DNA of 63,095 nt, counting the filler, from Vannella sp. (Eukaryota): the NCBI GenBank assembly GCA_023345925.1. It is 8 parts of 8 records of this genome, joined end to end, with 100 filler letters (N's around TTAATTAATTAA, not from the genome) between each part and the next. Parts side by side here need not be neighbours in the genome. Positions count along the whole stretch, not along the records: positions 43,912 to 54,476 come from JAJQQN010000435.1; positions 54,577 to 60,583 come from JAJQQN010000927.1; 6 more parts are not named here. One strand, given 5' to 3'. Shown here piece after piece: positions 43,812 through 56,963 of the stretch (position 1 is the stretch's first letter; each line of letters opens with the position of its first letter). The notes below the pieces were generated by a model. That model was given only the letters and a program-made list of their open reading frames with translations. It was not told the origin of the DNA and made no database searches. Made by a program: the position numbers and the translations under genes.

Positions 43812-43911
43812 NNNNNNNNNNNNNNNNNNNNNNNNNNNNNNNNNNNNNNNNNNNNTTAATTAATTAANNNNNNNNNNNNNNNNNNNNNNNNNNNNNNNNN
43901 NNNNNNNNNNN
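43812..43911. other. Artificial contig spacer
   Basis: N44-TTAATTAATTAA-N44. Confidence 0.99.
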
Positions 43912-44496
43912 TCTTTGAGGATCCCGTGAGCCTGCGCCCTTGACTATGACCTCCTCTCCTCCCCTCACCTTCTACGGTAGAACACAGGAGAACTGCGAAG
44001 ATTCCGATACGAGAGTTCCATCGAGAACAAAGGCTTCTTCCTTGAGGCTGGTATTCGGGTGGGGTCAACCTATGTCAGCCCTCCGTTCTTCCAAGACCCG
44101 ATGTAAGCCTTACAACGAAGAGTGGATGATCAAGAATCGCCTGGACTCACGGGTGATGATAGAATCTACTCCAGCCTCCCGCAAGTCCTCACAATCTCGA
44201 AAGGGGTGACTGCTGCGATTCTGTTTGCCCAGATCGAAGTGTTTTCCGTTTCTGAGTACCCTGATTACACTTTCGTCAATGTCAGTGCAGGCTTTAGCTT
44301 GGGACTTGGCTTTGGATTCATCCAACCAGGAGGCAAGATCCAATTCAACCACAAAGCCAACGCTCTTGAGACCCTCCGAGACAAGGTCAAGTTTACGTGG
44401 CTTTCTTCCGTTATGTCTCCTGTCATTCACATCTTCTGGGTGATCTTCTACGTTACTGTTTCTTCTTCACCGATCATCACCCTGCTGTTTGACTAA
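43912..44496 (+). CDS. 3' part of a hypothetical beta-strand-rich protein with a C-terminal hydrophobic segment
   Basis: Plausible exons read NTGELRRFRYESSIENKGFFLEAGIRVG and ...NVSAGFSLGLGFGFIQPGGKIQF...VIHIFWVIFYVTV. Confidence 0.4.
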
Positions 44497-44555
44497 ATAT
44501 GGTTGCGAGCTTTTCCTACTGAACAACGCGGTTTATTCGAGGGAGAGACGGGTCT

Positions 44556-45129
<574 letters not shown>

Positions 45130-45240
45130 GCTTGCGTAAAAAAGGAACGTTTCTGGCTGTCGCACACAGTCACGAAAATTTTCGTCAAAAGCCATTTACT
45201 TCTTGGTTCATAAAATGATGAGTTTCTTTGCTTTTAAATA

Positions 45241-48200
45241 TTATCGACCAAATAAGACACTCATAAGGCGGTCCCAAACGAAGGCTCCCACAAAGTCCGC
45301 CGCCATCACTGCAAGCAACAAATTGCGGAACTTGATGAGGGTTAGCTCTGAGAGGCGTTTCAGGAGACGAGCTTACTTCGTCTGAAAAGGGAACCAGTTC
45401 CAGCATGGCTGTTATCTCAGGAGAGACTTGGGAGGCGGCCATTGCGGTGATGCAGCCAACTGCTGCCAAGCAGTAGAGCAAAGGCTTGTTCTCCCACAGG
45501 CTCTGCATGAACGGGTGCCCTCGATAGTTCACCGCAAAGGTGGACACATGCATGGTACTGGAAATCAAGAAGACAGCACTGTTAATCAGTGTTGGCTTGA
45601 AGGGAGCGTCCAAATCCTTGTCAACTGGAACTCTGCCCTAAAGCAGTGAGAAGGGAGATATCACTGCAGCAAGTGGCTCTTACGTATCCATGCTTATCGC
45701 CACTTGATGGATGTAGATCAAAGCGGCCATGTGAATAGCAAACTGGCCAATGAGGGACGTAAAGAACTTGATTGTGAAGATGGAGGCGGCTGGACGGACC
45801 TTTGAGAGCTTGTCTAAAGGCTAATAGGCTTGTTAGAAGCTTCTCCTGGCCATCCCATTGCAACTAACCTTGGAGCGGGAAATGAAAAGGAAGCAAAACG
45901 CCATCAACACTCCAATGACTGTTGCTTGGCTGGAGGAAAGGTCAAACTCATCCCAAGTCATGTTGGAGTGGTATCTTACCTATCTCCCATCTTGAATCCT
46001 TCATAGTAGAGCACACTCATGCTGTACGCGGAAATAAGACAATTCAAGGCGAGAATCATGAACATCTGGAGAGTCGTCACGAGAGTGCAACGGCCCTGAC
46101 GGATGATATCGACGATAGGGAGGACAGAGGAGCCTTTGGCAGTGAAAGGTGAAGCGATGGAGGCATCTCCGAGCTTGATGGAGCCAATTTCTTCATCATC
46201 AAAGATAGAAGGAGGTCCAAACTGAGGCTTTTTGCGTGGTGGAGGCAACTTACTCTTTCCTTTTCCAGAATCAAGAAGAGAATCCATTGTCGAATCCTTT
46301 TTGGCGAGTTTGGTCGCTTTCTTCTGTCTGGCACGAACATCCTTTCGGTTCTGAGTGACTGGAGCAGTGTTGAGGCCATCTGGTTTCGCTGAGACTGCAC
46401 TCTTGACCATTTGGGGAGCAGTGTTTAGGAGGGCGACCCCAACATGAGCTTGCTTGAGGGCCCCGACATCATTGGTACCGTCTCCACACATCAAAACAAC
46501 TTTCCCAGAGTTCTTAATCGCAACTACAATCGTTTCCTTCTGCTCAGGAGAGACTCGAGCGTATACTTTGATGGAGGGAAGATACTTCTCGAAGAGATTC
46601 TTCTCTATGAGGAACTTGAGAGCTTGTCCTGATACACAGAGGTCGTATTGGCGCCCCAGGTCAATGTTAGAGACGGGGAAAGTTTTGGTCTCATCTAGTA
46701 ACATCCAATAAGGCTCCTGGCCAGTGTACTCATTAAGGACAATTGGAGGGCGCTCGAACATTCCCAACATCTCAGATACTTTGCAGGCCGTTAGGATGTT
46801 ATCCCCCGTAATCATTACCGTTTGATGTGAAGATTCTTGAAGTATTTGGATGGTCTTGGCACTGTCAGGCTTCAAGGGACAGTCGAAGACTAAGAACCCA
46901 CAGAAAGTCATTTCACATTCAATCTCCGCCCGAGAGAGTCCAGTCACTCGCGTTCCTTTGAAAGATTTGTACGCCAAGGCGATGACTCGATACCCTTGAC
47001 GAGAGAAGTATTTGTAAGTGGATTCGTAGGACGGCGGAATCTTGGCCAGGAATGTCATTACAGTTTCTGGAGCCCCTTTCATAGCTGCAAAGTAAGTGGG
47101 ACTTGACGACTCTGTGGCAGCAATGGTGACCATGCGCTTCAAGCTTGAGTCAAAATGGAAGCGGTGGTGAATCTTGATCTTGTGGGAAGGACCAGAAGTC
47201 CTCACTACAGTGTCGTTCTTGTCAGGAGTCCATTTGATAGCCTGTAACGCAGCCACTTCCATTGGGTCACCAATCAGATCATTCTCAACGAACATAAGCG
47301 AGTTACAGCCCGCAATGGTAAAGTGAACCCAGTCATTGGTAGAGAGAACATCCGTTAAGGTGCTAGAAGGGTCTTCCGAATAGCCATCTATCGGAGGAAT
47401 GGAGATACCCTGAAGAATCAGCTTGTCCTCTGTGAGGGTCCCAGTCTTGTCAAAGCAGCAAACTTGCGTCTTCCCACAGAAAGGAATGCGGAAGGGCTCA
47501 GTACAGAACACTCCCAGCTTCGCCAGAGCAACAAGAGAGGTATTCACCGCCAAACTGAGTTCCATTGGGAGCTCAGGAGGGACAACGGAGGTGATAATGA
47601 GACTGCATTCGACAATCAACTTGTATCGGCTCTTCTTGGGATCGTCCCAGCCATGCACCAGGACATAACCAGAGGCAGCCAATGCAAAGATCAGAAGGAA
47701 GAGAATGAAGAGGAGGCTCTCCAAACTGTTCGCGGTCACGCGGTCCGTGGAGAACAGAATAGTTCGGATTAGCTTGCCTTGGTTGGTCTCAAAGCCTGTG
47801 CGGAGTACATAAGCGATAGCACCACCATTGGGAGCAACAGGAATGCGATCGAGAGCTGGTCCTGCGGAGTGGGTGATGACGTTAGTCCCGCCAAAGAGAA
47901 CATGAATGCGGTCTCGTTGGATGTCCAGTTGCGCGTCCTCTCGCGATCTGATAGGTTCTTTAAGCTGTGGGGTTGACTCTCCAGTCAACATGGCCTCGTT
48001 CACTACACACGAACCACTGAGCAGAAGAAGATCACAAGGGAGGAGAGTGTCTGCTGACTGGCGAACAATTGAGCAGATGTCCCCTGGTAAGAGATCGTAC
48101 GAAGATGTGTCTTCCCACTTGTTCCCACCTCGGTAGACGAGGATCGAGTGAGGTGGCTGGATCATGTTGCGAAGAGACTTGAGATTCCGAAGGCGCGAAG

Positions 48201-48891
48201 CGACAATAGTCCCCTCAAAGATCAGTAGCATGACAAGGGTCAATATACTATAGTACCAGTACTCGTCTAGACACCAGAGGAGCACACAGAAGATCTGGAA
48301 GATGAAGAACGGAGCGACAGCTTGCTCTTTGTACAACTCCAGGAACTCAGGCATTGGGATATCGAACCTATTCCTACCCCACCTCAAAGTGGCATCATCC
48401 TGCTCTACTCCACTATCATTGCCATGAGAGGAGAGGTACTCAGAGAAGTGGAGATCGATCGGGAAGCGGGTCTTGACGAAGAGCTGCTGATCCTCACTCC
48501 ATAGGAGTATCCTCTTGCGCCAAGAGACAAAGTAGCGCCCGTCTTCTGGTCTCCTCTCCACAGGAAGGAAGTCAGAGGCGCCCTTATTGGATTGGGGAAC
48601 GATCTTGACAAAGACTCCCAGAGCTACCTCAGAGGAGGAGCGACACGTCAGGAAGGTTCGAAGGTAAACAGACCAGATGCAAGACAGCACTGCTAGTACT
48701 TGAAGGAGCACCAAGGCGGGCGTACCGAAGAGAACAAGCGATTCCCACGCCTCGTCGGTCCATGACAGCCAGAAGCATCCCACATGGGCTATCACAAACG
48801 GGAAGATCGTCAGACGCAAGTAGAAGGGAAGAGGGACATGGAGAGAAGAGCTCTTCACCGAAGAGGACTCCAGCACGCCCTTCCTCCCCAT
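45241..48891 (-). CDS. ATP13A1: P5A-type ATPase (Spf1/ATP13A1)
   Basis: PFFIFQIFCVLLWCLDEYWYYS, LTGES, PPELP, DKTGTLT, MCGDGTNDVGALKQA and IIRQGRCTLVTT; spliced 3' end. Confidence 0.96.
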
Positions 48892-49031
48892 CCCACCAAC
48901 GAATGACTCCCAAACGCCTCTTCTCCGCGGATCACACATGTACCTGTGTCGGAGCCTCAACAGAGGGAACGAGGAGGTACAAGGCAACGCAGTGGGGCAG
49001 TGGTGATGTGTTGTGCCATGAGCGACGCATC

Positions 49032-49195
49032 ATGGGCTCCAATAACAGCTCTGTCAGGGCGGTTAGGGCTTCAAAGGAACTTGTGAGACATGCTTGAACG
49101 TTCTGGTCTTGGATCGAACAAATTAGAGAACTGTGAGCACTCCAGAACCACTGCCTGAAGAAGATCCGCTTCCTCCTCACCCTCTCGATGAGTGA
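49032..49195 (+). CDS. Candidate 39-aa two-exon microprotein with an N-myristoylation motif
   Basis: MGSNNSSVRAVRASKEL, then a 44-nt GTGAGA...TAG intron (49083-49126), then RTVSTPEPLPEEDPLPPHPLDE*. Confidence 0.35.
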
Positions 49196-49342
49196 CAAGC
49201 AGTGACATCCGCTGAGGCAATTCAGATTAGAGAGAAGGGACGTGGGAGTACCAGAGAGAGGTGTGCAGGTAGCTATCTGCGAAGGAGGGCTTCAACACGG
49301 CCCATTCCCTCACCAATGGTCTCTTGGTGACCTCCCAGCTGT

Positions 49343-49678
49343 TTATTGGAAGTCCTCGTCATCGTCAATCGTGAACGCTTCATCATCAAACTGTTGGTCC
49401 TCTACTCGAATGCTCCCTTGTCGCAAGAAGAAGTCGGAAACGCCCTCCCTGAACTGTTCGACAAGTGCGGTCACCTTTGGGTTGCCAATGTACCACAGGT
49501 AGGCTATAACACTTCCACATATCAAGAGTACAGTACCCACCACCACAAACATCACCGTCCACACAGCACACAGGTCCCAAAACCATGACTCATCCGCCAA
49601 CCCCATCGCAACACCAGAAAATGACAGTTCTCGCTCTCCAAGGCCCCTGCGACTCAAATCATACACTTGAAAGTCCAT
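49343..49678 (-). CDS. Small single-pass membrane protein with an acidic tail (start uncertain)
   Basis: TM segment VWTVMFVVVGTVLLICGSVIAYLWYI; tail FDDEAFTIDDDEDFQ. Confidence 0.5.
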   Translation of the reverse strand: MDFQVYDLSRRGLGERELSFSGVAMGLADESWFWDLCAVWTVMFVVVGTVLLICGSVIAYLWYIGNPKVTALVEQFREGVSDFFLRQGSIRVEDQQFDDEAFTIDDDEDFQ

Positions 49679-49827
49679 GTTGATGACATTGAACTCCCCA
49701 CACTGACTTGTGGTCCAGCGTGGCGCATTGGGAAGTGAATGCACCTCCTGAAGAACGAGATTCCTGGCTGTTTAGAGGGCAGGACATCTCAATGGGGGTA
49801 TTATGTCATTTAAAAGCACAGCTGCCT

Positions 49828-51916
49828 TCATTGTTGCGTATCCTGAGTCGTTGGGGGAACTGGTGCTGGAGAGGCGGTGAAGGATGGGAGGTCTTCCAGT
49901 GACACTTCGTTGAATAATCCTCTTTGGTTGGGAGGAGGCAGACAAGAGGGGACTTTGAGTGTTGAAATGTGAAAAGAACCCTCTTTGGGCCGATAAGTAA
50001 CGCGAGTTCCAAACTCTGTACTGTCCCGAACAGTTTCAATTAGTGTCTCTTGGTCCTGGAATTCCCAATCTTTTTTAGGCGAGGGAGGAGCGCCTGATGG
50101 TAGGCCCCTGTTGCTTGGGTTGCGAGTTGGAAGTGTTCCCCCAACAACAGGTCGGGGTCGGTCTGGTCTGTCAGGTCTGGGAGGGGGAGGCTTTGAGGGG
50201 AACTGTTTGGAAGGTAATGCGGTAGAAAACCGTCTCTCGTGAAGAGCCAGATGTTCAGGAACATCAGAAGAATGTGGAAAATCAAAGAGAGCGGGAGTGG
50301 AGGCTCGAAACATATCCTGAGCCTCCCTTTCGGACACAACTGTGGAGCTACGATCCTTTGACGGACCAACAATCGAAGCCCGAAATGATTTGCTCTGACT
50401 GATAGGCACTGGCTGATTCTTTGCTTTGGGAGCAACCTCTAAAAGAGAGGAGAAGAAGGAGCACTTGGACTCACAAGTGGAAAATATCAGAATTGCTGAG
50501 CGGGAGGTCGACGGCACCAGAAGATCAATAGAATGTATGCGATCTGTCCTTTGATTAGGCTATGGCATGGATAAAGCTGACGATTCCTCCTTTACCTGTG
50601 TCGCTGGAGACAGAACCAAGTAAGATATCTGAAACTGCAAGTTGTTCTACAATGATAAACGCTCCTTTGCTTTGTTTTCCGTTGGTCTTGAGCTGCCTCT
50701 TGGGCCTGACGATGAACAAAGTGTCTGTAAAAAGGAAAATCACTCTTGTTCCACTCGCCGTTTTGTTTTCCTGCCATTGGACATTCACTTCGTTCAAGAA
50801 CACCCTTCCACTCTTCGATAATTTCTATGTGTCTTAGTGAGCGACCGCCAGTGTTATCGAGGAGTTGTGTGTTTGTATCTTACATGGTTGCCTTCTATCA
50901 TGGCCTCCACTTGGAGAATCTTTGCGTTGTTTTCGAGAATCTTGCGTTCGTACTCGACATTGGAGACGATGTCTTCTAATAGTAGCAGCGCACGAAAGGA
51001 AAGTTTGTAGTCTGAATGTGTCTTGGGCGTGGATTCAAGTATGGCCCTCAGCACGGTGGGGTATTCTTTCACTCTTCTACAAGGGAGCTCCAAATAGTAC
51101 TCAATTGTCTTGGCTTCCCCTCCTTTAGACTGTATCGTTTGTATCTCCTTGTCTAGACCCCTTTCGTTGCGTCAGAGAGCAGTTCCAGTGCGGTGTTCTG
51201 CCTACCGAACACTCTTTCTGCATTGGTGGAGCTCTGCTAAGGCTTTGGGGAAGTTTGCAGAGTATTGAGTATACATGCCGAAGTAATCACTCTGTTAGGG
51301 GCAGTGGTCAGGGCTTTCTGGCGTGTGAAAAAGACGAAATGACGCACCAGGCGGATGAACTCGCCCCCTATCAGCTGTTCTGAGGGAGGCAATGGCCTCA
51401 TGGTGTCTAGGACAAAGGCTAGCTCCTCACTCACACTGAGGATGTATTCTATGTTGGAGAAGATGCTGGCAGTTTGGATGGCGCTCAGGAAACGCTTCTT
51501 CCTGAGAGGTTCGACCCATTCCTTTCCAGAATGCCTGGTTAGAGCTCAGGCATGGTTAGAAACAAGCGAATACTTACGCTTTGAAACGATATGAGTGCAC
51601 CTAAGTACTCCCTCTCTGCTTCCACAAGTTGCTGTATCTTTTTGGACCGAATGAGGAGAACAGGGTCCTGGCTCGCCCCTGTCTCGACTGCGCGCCTCTT
51701 AGCAGCCACCACAGAAACACTCCGTGTTGATATCCTCTTCCGGAAGGTGTCGACGCCCTGCGAAGCGGGCGACTGGTACTTAGAGCCCTCGTTTAAGCGG
51801 ACCAGCGCCACGTTGATGTCCTGCTGAAACACCTCATCCGTCAACCCCGCATCCACCTCACTAACAGAGGGCATCTGAGAGTGTCTGGCCAACTCAAACG
51901 AAGGGGCGCAGCTCAT
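49828..51916 (-). CDS. DH-PH RhoGEF with a Pro-rich C-terminal tail, multi-exon
   Basis: DH: IQQLVEAEREYLGAL and LELPCRRVKEYPTVLRAILESTPKTHSDY. PH: RVIFLFTDTLFIV. Tail: KPPPPRPDRP. Confidence 0.85.
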
Positions 51917-52019
51917 AGCCTCGAAGAAGGTCCTCGCCAACCGCCAACCAACAAATGCTTCAAAACGTCAAGATATTGCTCCCATTGATTAGATGTGGTA
52001 GAGTTGATTATTGCGGGAT

Positions 52020-53496
52020 ATGCTCAGACCGGTGGTGTCGTGTTGGAGAGGAGGAAGTCGATTTGGGCTTGTTGGTGGGCAACGAGGGAGCTGGTGGTGT
52101 GGAAAGGATGAAGATTATGCTATTGCACGGAGGGGCTTTCATCCACAGCTGGCGCCGATGGTTCCTCACCTCAATATGGGTCTCTTGCGGTTGGCCAAGT
52201 CTAAGTACGAGTCCCGAATGCCCGAGAAGCTGTACTCTCTACTTCAGGACAACTTGTTCCTCTACTACTCGTATGAGGAGCAGTTAGAAACGGACCTCTC
52301 AGTCGAGGAACGTCGCCGCCTCTCGCTAAACAAAGCGAAGCTGTCCAAGTTTGTGGACCCGTTCCAGAGCTTCTGCCAGAAGCTCATCGAGCTTAAGGAG
52401 ACGGCAGAGATGAAGGACATGATAGACGATCCTGAGGAGAGGAGGACCATCCAAGAGCTTGAGCAAGACCTGGTCAATGGGATCGAGCAATCAGAGGCCG
52501 AGATGTTCGCTGAATTGATCAAACCACCTCTTGCTAAGGAGACTGGAGTCATCTTGGAGATACGAGCGGGTGTGGGAGGAGAGGAAGCGGCGCTCTTCTG
52601 CAAAGATCTTACATTAATGTACGAGGCATTCGCCACGCGCCAAGGATGGGTCTATGAAACACTGAGTCTTTCTGACTCTGAGTATGGAGGATACCGTGAA
52701 GTCACTGCTGCCATTGGGGGAGGAGGTAAGTCCATCCATCGGTCTTGATCAGCCATGGATCACTCTGACAAGGCATTCTACAGGCGACAACGATGTTTTA
52801 GGTATCTATGGGACGCTCCAGTTTGAGACAGGTGCCCACCGAGTTCAAAGAGTACCCTCCACGGACTCGAGTGGGAGAATTCACACCTCCACAGTCACTG
52901 TGGCGGTGCTCCCTGAAATCAAAGACATAGATGTCGAACTGAAACAGTCCGACATAAGGTGAGACTTCAACAGTCGACTGGAGGATGCTCACTCGAACGG
53001 AAAGGATTGACCTTTATCGATCTTCTGGTCCCGGAGGCCAACACGTCAACACAACCGACAGCGCCGTTCGATTAACACACATCCCAACGGGTATAGTCGT
53101 GGCTATCCAGGATGAGAGATCCCAGCACAGGGTAAGAAGTGTCAATAGCAAGAATTGACATTTCAAGAACTGACTTTTGTTCCCTGACAGAACAAGGACA
53201 AGGCCATGCGGATTCTAAGGGCGCGGATATTTGAGAAAGAAAAGGAGAAACAGCAATACAAGAGGAGAGAGATGCGGCAGCAACAAATCGGCTCTGGTGA
53301 TCGTTCAGAGAAGATACGAACTTATAACTTTCCACAGAACCGTATCACCGACCACAGAGTCAATCTCTCGCTCTTTGGAATCGATAGAATGCTTGCTGGA
53401 GAGCTCTCGGGAGACTTTGCCAGTCACCTGCACGAAGAAATGGAGAAACAAGAGTTGGAGAACCTCTTGAACGACCCGTCCTCCTTGGGCCTGTGA
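52020..53496 (+). CDS. MRF1: Mitochondrial peptide chain release factor 1 (RF1-type), multi-exon
   Basis: [29 protein letters not shown] (PxT motif), [18 protein letters not shown] and [19 protein letters not shown]. Confidence 0.92.
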
Positions 53497-53589
53497 GGGA
53501 GGGGAGTTGGTCTATGAATGATTAAATTGCAAATTATTTGAAGAGTTATTCAATTGAGTTCATTTGGTCATTCTCTTTTTCCCTTTGGG

Positions 53590-54126
53590 ATGTTGCGCTC
53601 GACCCTGCCGCTTCTTTTCGAGAGGACCTCGGTGAGGTTCTTCAACCCCAAGTCATCGACTGGGTGGGTTGGTGTTCCTGTCATCCCAGATGCACGGTTG
53701 ATGCTGAAGGACTTGTACGAGCGGATCTTGATTAAGGTGAAGGAAATCCCAGAGGACTATCCCTACCGTATCGATCTGGAACATCTGGTCAACTACAGAT
53801 TGAAGGTTATCCACGAAGAGGAGGACTGTTCTCAGATTGAGGAACGAATCAACTCCGACCAGGTGGAACTTCTCATCTACAAGGCGCGCGACGAACTCAA
53901 CCATGCCCTTCCCTTGATGATCGAATCCAAGCTCTGGGAGACTCCTGGATGGAAGACTCGTCAAATCCCCATCGAAATCCTCCAGTTTGGAGAGGGTCCG
54001 ATGGACATCTCGAGCTTCACGAACGAGGAGCTGAATGCATATGACAGGAAAGAAGAGATCCTCAAAGAAGAAGAAGCCGAGAGGAAGAGACAAGAAGCAG
54101 CCCAAAAGGCACAGAAGAAAGAGTGA
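53590..54126 (+). CDS. NDUFA5: NADH:ubiquinone oxidoreductase subunit A5 (B13)
   Basis: KSSTGWVGVPV..ARLMLKDLYERIL..IPEDYPYR..IEERINSDQVELLI..ARDEL..KLWE, with an N-terminal transit-like peptide. Confidence 0.85.
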   Translation: MLRSTLPLLFERTSVRFFNPKSSTGWVGVPVIPDARLMLKDLYERILIKVKEIPEDYPYRIDLEHLVNYRLKVIHEEEDCSQIEERINSDQVELLIYKARDELNHALPLMIESKLWETPGWKTRQIPIEILQFGEGPMDISSFTNEELNAYDRKEEILKEEEAERKRQEAAQKAQKKE

Positions 54127-54236
54127 AGGGCTAAACAACCAGCCACCCACCGCTTGTACAAACGGCCTTGTCCTATCAATAACACCACTTTCACACATTG
54201 AATCTGAGTTGAATCCTCTCAAGAAGCCGCAGCCGT

Positions 54237-54267
54237 GGTTTAGTGGGGTTTAGTGGGGTTTAGTGGG
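54237..54267 (+). repeat. Short tandem repeat (GGTTTAGTGG) x3
   Basis: Three perfect 10-bp units. Confidence 0.85.
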
Positions 54268-54476
54268 ATGGTAAAATCTCTTCTGGAGTGCTCAAGGACG
54301 ATTTCAACTCAACTCCACTTTGAACCATGAGCTCTGGTTGGGGTTGGATGTCAATCTCAGGGTCGGCGAGAATGGGCGCAGGGAATGGATATTGGAACAA
54401 GAGTTGGTCAAATGGACACACAGGTGGTTGAACACAAAACAGTTGTTGAGAAACAAAATGTGCGCCGAAAGACATT

Positions 54477-54576
54477 NNNNNNNNNNNNNNNNNNNNNNNN
54501 NNNNNNNNNNNNNNNNNNNNTTAATTAATTAANNNNNNNNNNNNNNNNNNNNNNNNNNNNNNNNNNNNNNNNNNNN
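54477..54576. other. Artificial contig spacer
   Basis: N44-TTAATTAATTAA-N44. Confidence 0.99.
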
Positions 54577-54696
54577 GTCACGGAGAACTCCCGCTTCCCC
54601 AGAAAAAAACGAGAATGGGCTTAATGGATTAATTGCAGCGAGTTCCTCTGATCTAAACTTAAAATAATAATCCAAATCCATTTAGTGGGGAGATTT

Positions 54697-55691
54697 TTAG
54701 AGCATACTGCGACTGTCCCCAAGAGCTAGAGTTTGGGAGAGGTGAACAGTGTGGTTTGGAGCAATGTGGTGGGCATTGGAAAGGGAGACTGGTTCAATGC
54801 AGACAAAGTGCTGATAACCATCGTTGGGCAAGTCGCCCATTCCAGCACTCTTTTCAGCCCAGGGGTTCCACACAACGATGTCCCCCATGTTCTCCTTAGT
54901 AATTGCGATCGTCCTTGATCCGTCGCGTAGCACTATCGTATCAGGAGCCGATGTGTAAATGCGGTCAACTTCCTCATTGATAGTAAGACCATCTGAGTGT
55001 TCCACAAGATCTGTTCCCCCGTGCACTTTGTCAACAAAAGACAGCTGCTTCAAACCTTGTACTGAGACGTTGGCAATAGAGCTCACAGCAAAGTAGGTAT
55101 GGAAGCACAACTGGACGTTGGTGAGGTCTTCCTTATCGCTAGTGTTCTTGATGAAGATGTCACTGCGAAGAGAGTCTCCTCCTCGTAGAAGGGAGACTCG
55201 ATGTACCAGTTCGAACTGTTTCCCTGGCCAGAACTTGTTGGTTTCCTCGTTCTCGGAGTGTTTCAAGGCAACCCAGACTGCACCTTCCGCAGCATCTTCC
55301 ATAGACAGTCAAGGACAGGCAATCATCATCAGGAGAGCATCTCACCGTAACCATACCCGTCAACCTTCCAGGCGCTGGAAGTTCTGACAAAGCCGTGTTT
55401 CGGGAGAGACCCTGAATCAGCAAACTGTGGAAAGCACAAGGGAATACCTCCTCGGATAGCTGTGCCAGGTGCTAAGCAACCACACAAGCCGCGTCAGCTT
55501 CTCATCATCGCATCAAAACACTCCCTACCATACGAAGTATCGGGGGACAAGTATATCTGCTCCACCCCCTGCGCATCCTTCCAAGAGGTAACGTGCGCAC
55601 CCTTAATCAATACCTCCACTTCTCCACCACCCGTAAGCTGCAAACGAACGCCGTTCTCATTGGGAACCACAGCGTAAGCGGGGTCTCCCAT
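54697..55691 (-). CDS. D-hexose-6-phosphate mutarotase (glucose-6-phosphate 1-epimerase family), multi-exon
   Basis: GAHVTSWK, AIRGGIPLCFPQF, KHGF, CFHTYF, EVDRIY, VVWNPW and FVCIEP. Confidence 0.92.
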
Positions 55692-55754
55692 CGCAACCAA
55701 CAAATGACACCAAGCGATAATAAATACGCGTTTATTAAATGCTGCATAAATTGG

Positions 55755-56876
55755 TCACTTTCTTCTCCCGTTCGATGAGACCTGCGCGGTTGTAAAGGTA
55801 AATGCCAGAGAGAGCAAGGACGATTCCCAAGCCATTGGCGAATGTGACAGAGTTACCAAACCAGATGATCGAGAGGACGATGACAAAGACACGTTTGAGG
55901 GTGTTGGCGACACTGTAGGTGACTGGGGAGACGACAGAGAGGATGGTGAAGGCCATGGCGTTTTGGACAAAGTGGAAGAAGCCATTGAGAGCAAAGTCTA
56001 GGAGGATGGATGGGTTTTCACTGACTGCCTGTGGATACCGATAGCTTTTGAGTGGACCAGAACCTCATTCAATAGAGCTACTCACCTCAGCGACGGAAAC
56101 GGGGAAGGAGGAATCAAAGAAGTCGAAGTAGAGATACATCGGGAGGTTGGTGATGAAAGCCAGACCTGCCACATTCATGACCAAGACTATCTCGTGAACC
56201 TTCTGGCTGGCAAAGAGGTGCTTCGAGTAGAGGTTCTGTGCTACAAGAATGAGCGTGGAAAAGAGAGTTACTACGATCCCCCAGGGGCTCTCCAGCTCTG
56301 AGAAGGTACAAATGGTTACACCTGAGACAATAGGAATCAACGTAAGAAGCACATGACCGCTGTAGCGCTTGCGGAGGAAGATGTAAGAGAGAATGACAGT
56401 GAAAATGGGCGAAGTGGCCTGATATCCCATGTTAGGGACGTGTAAGTGATGGTAGCATGTCAAATAACCTTGATCGTGTTGATGAAAGAGACAGCGATGT
56501 CCTTGAGGGCCACATAAGCGAGGACATGAGTGAAGAAGTTAGCAAAGGCCAAAGGGAGGATCTGGACCAGCATCTTGGGTGTGAAGAGTACAAAGTTGTT
56601 TTGGAGCTTCAAGTAGAGAGCTGAGAAGCTGAAGACGAACGCTAACTGTGCCAGTGTGAGCAACATAGGACGAGGAAGTGCAGACATGATCGATTTGTTG
56701 GTATTGTTCGATAAGGACGACGCAAAGTACCACAGCACCACAAACACGACCACCTTTGCACTAGCTGCTTTTCCCGACTCCTTTGGAACCCTCTTTTCAG
56801 GGAGGATGGGTCCCGTGCTCCGCATCCCCAACCGACAACAGACTGACCTTTTGGTACTCGCTTTGTTGGTTTTCAT
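55755..56876 (-). CDS. Triose-phosphate translocator / SLC35E1-like drug-metabolite transporter, multi-exon
   Basis: LWYFASSLSNNTNK, VSFINTIK/ATSPIFTV, LIPIVSGV and VSPVTYSVANTLKRVFVI. Confidence 0.88.
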
Positions 56877-56963
56877 TCCAGAAGACAAAATTCACTAGAC
56901 AATGGGAAGATATGATATGCATTATTAAATCAATTAGAACACCCATGTTCAATGGGTCCCATT

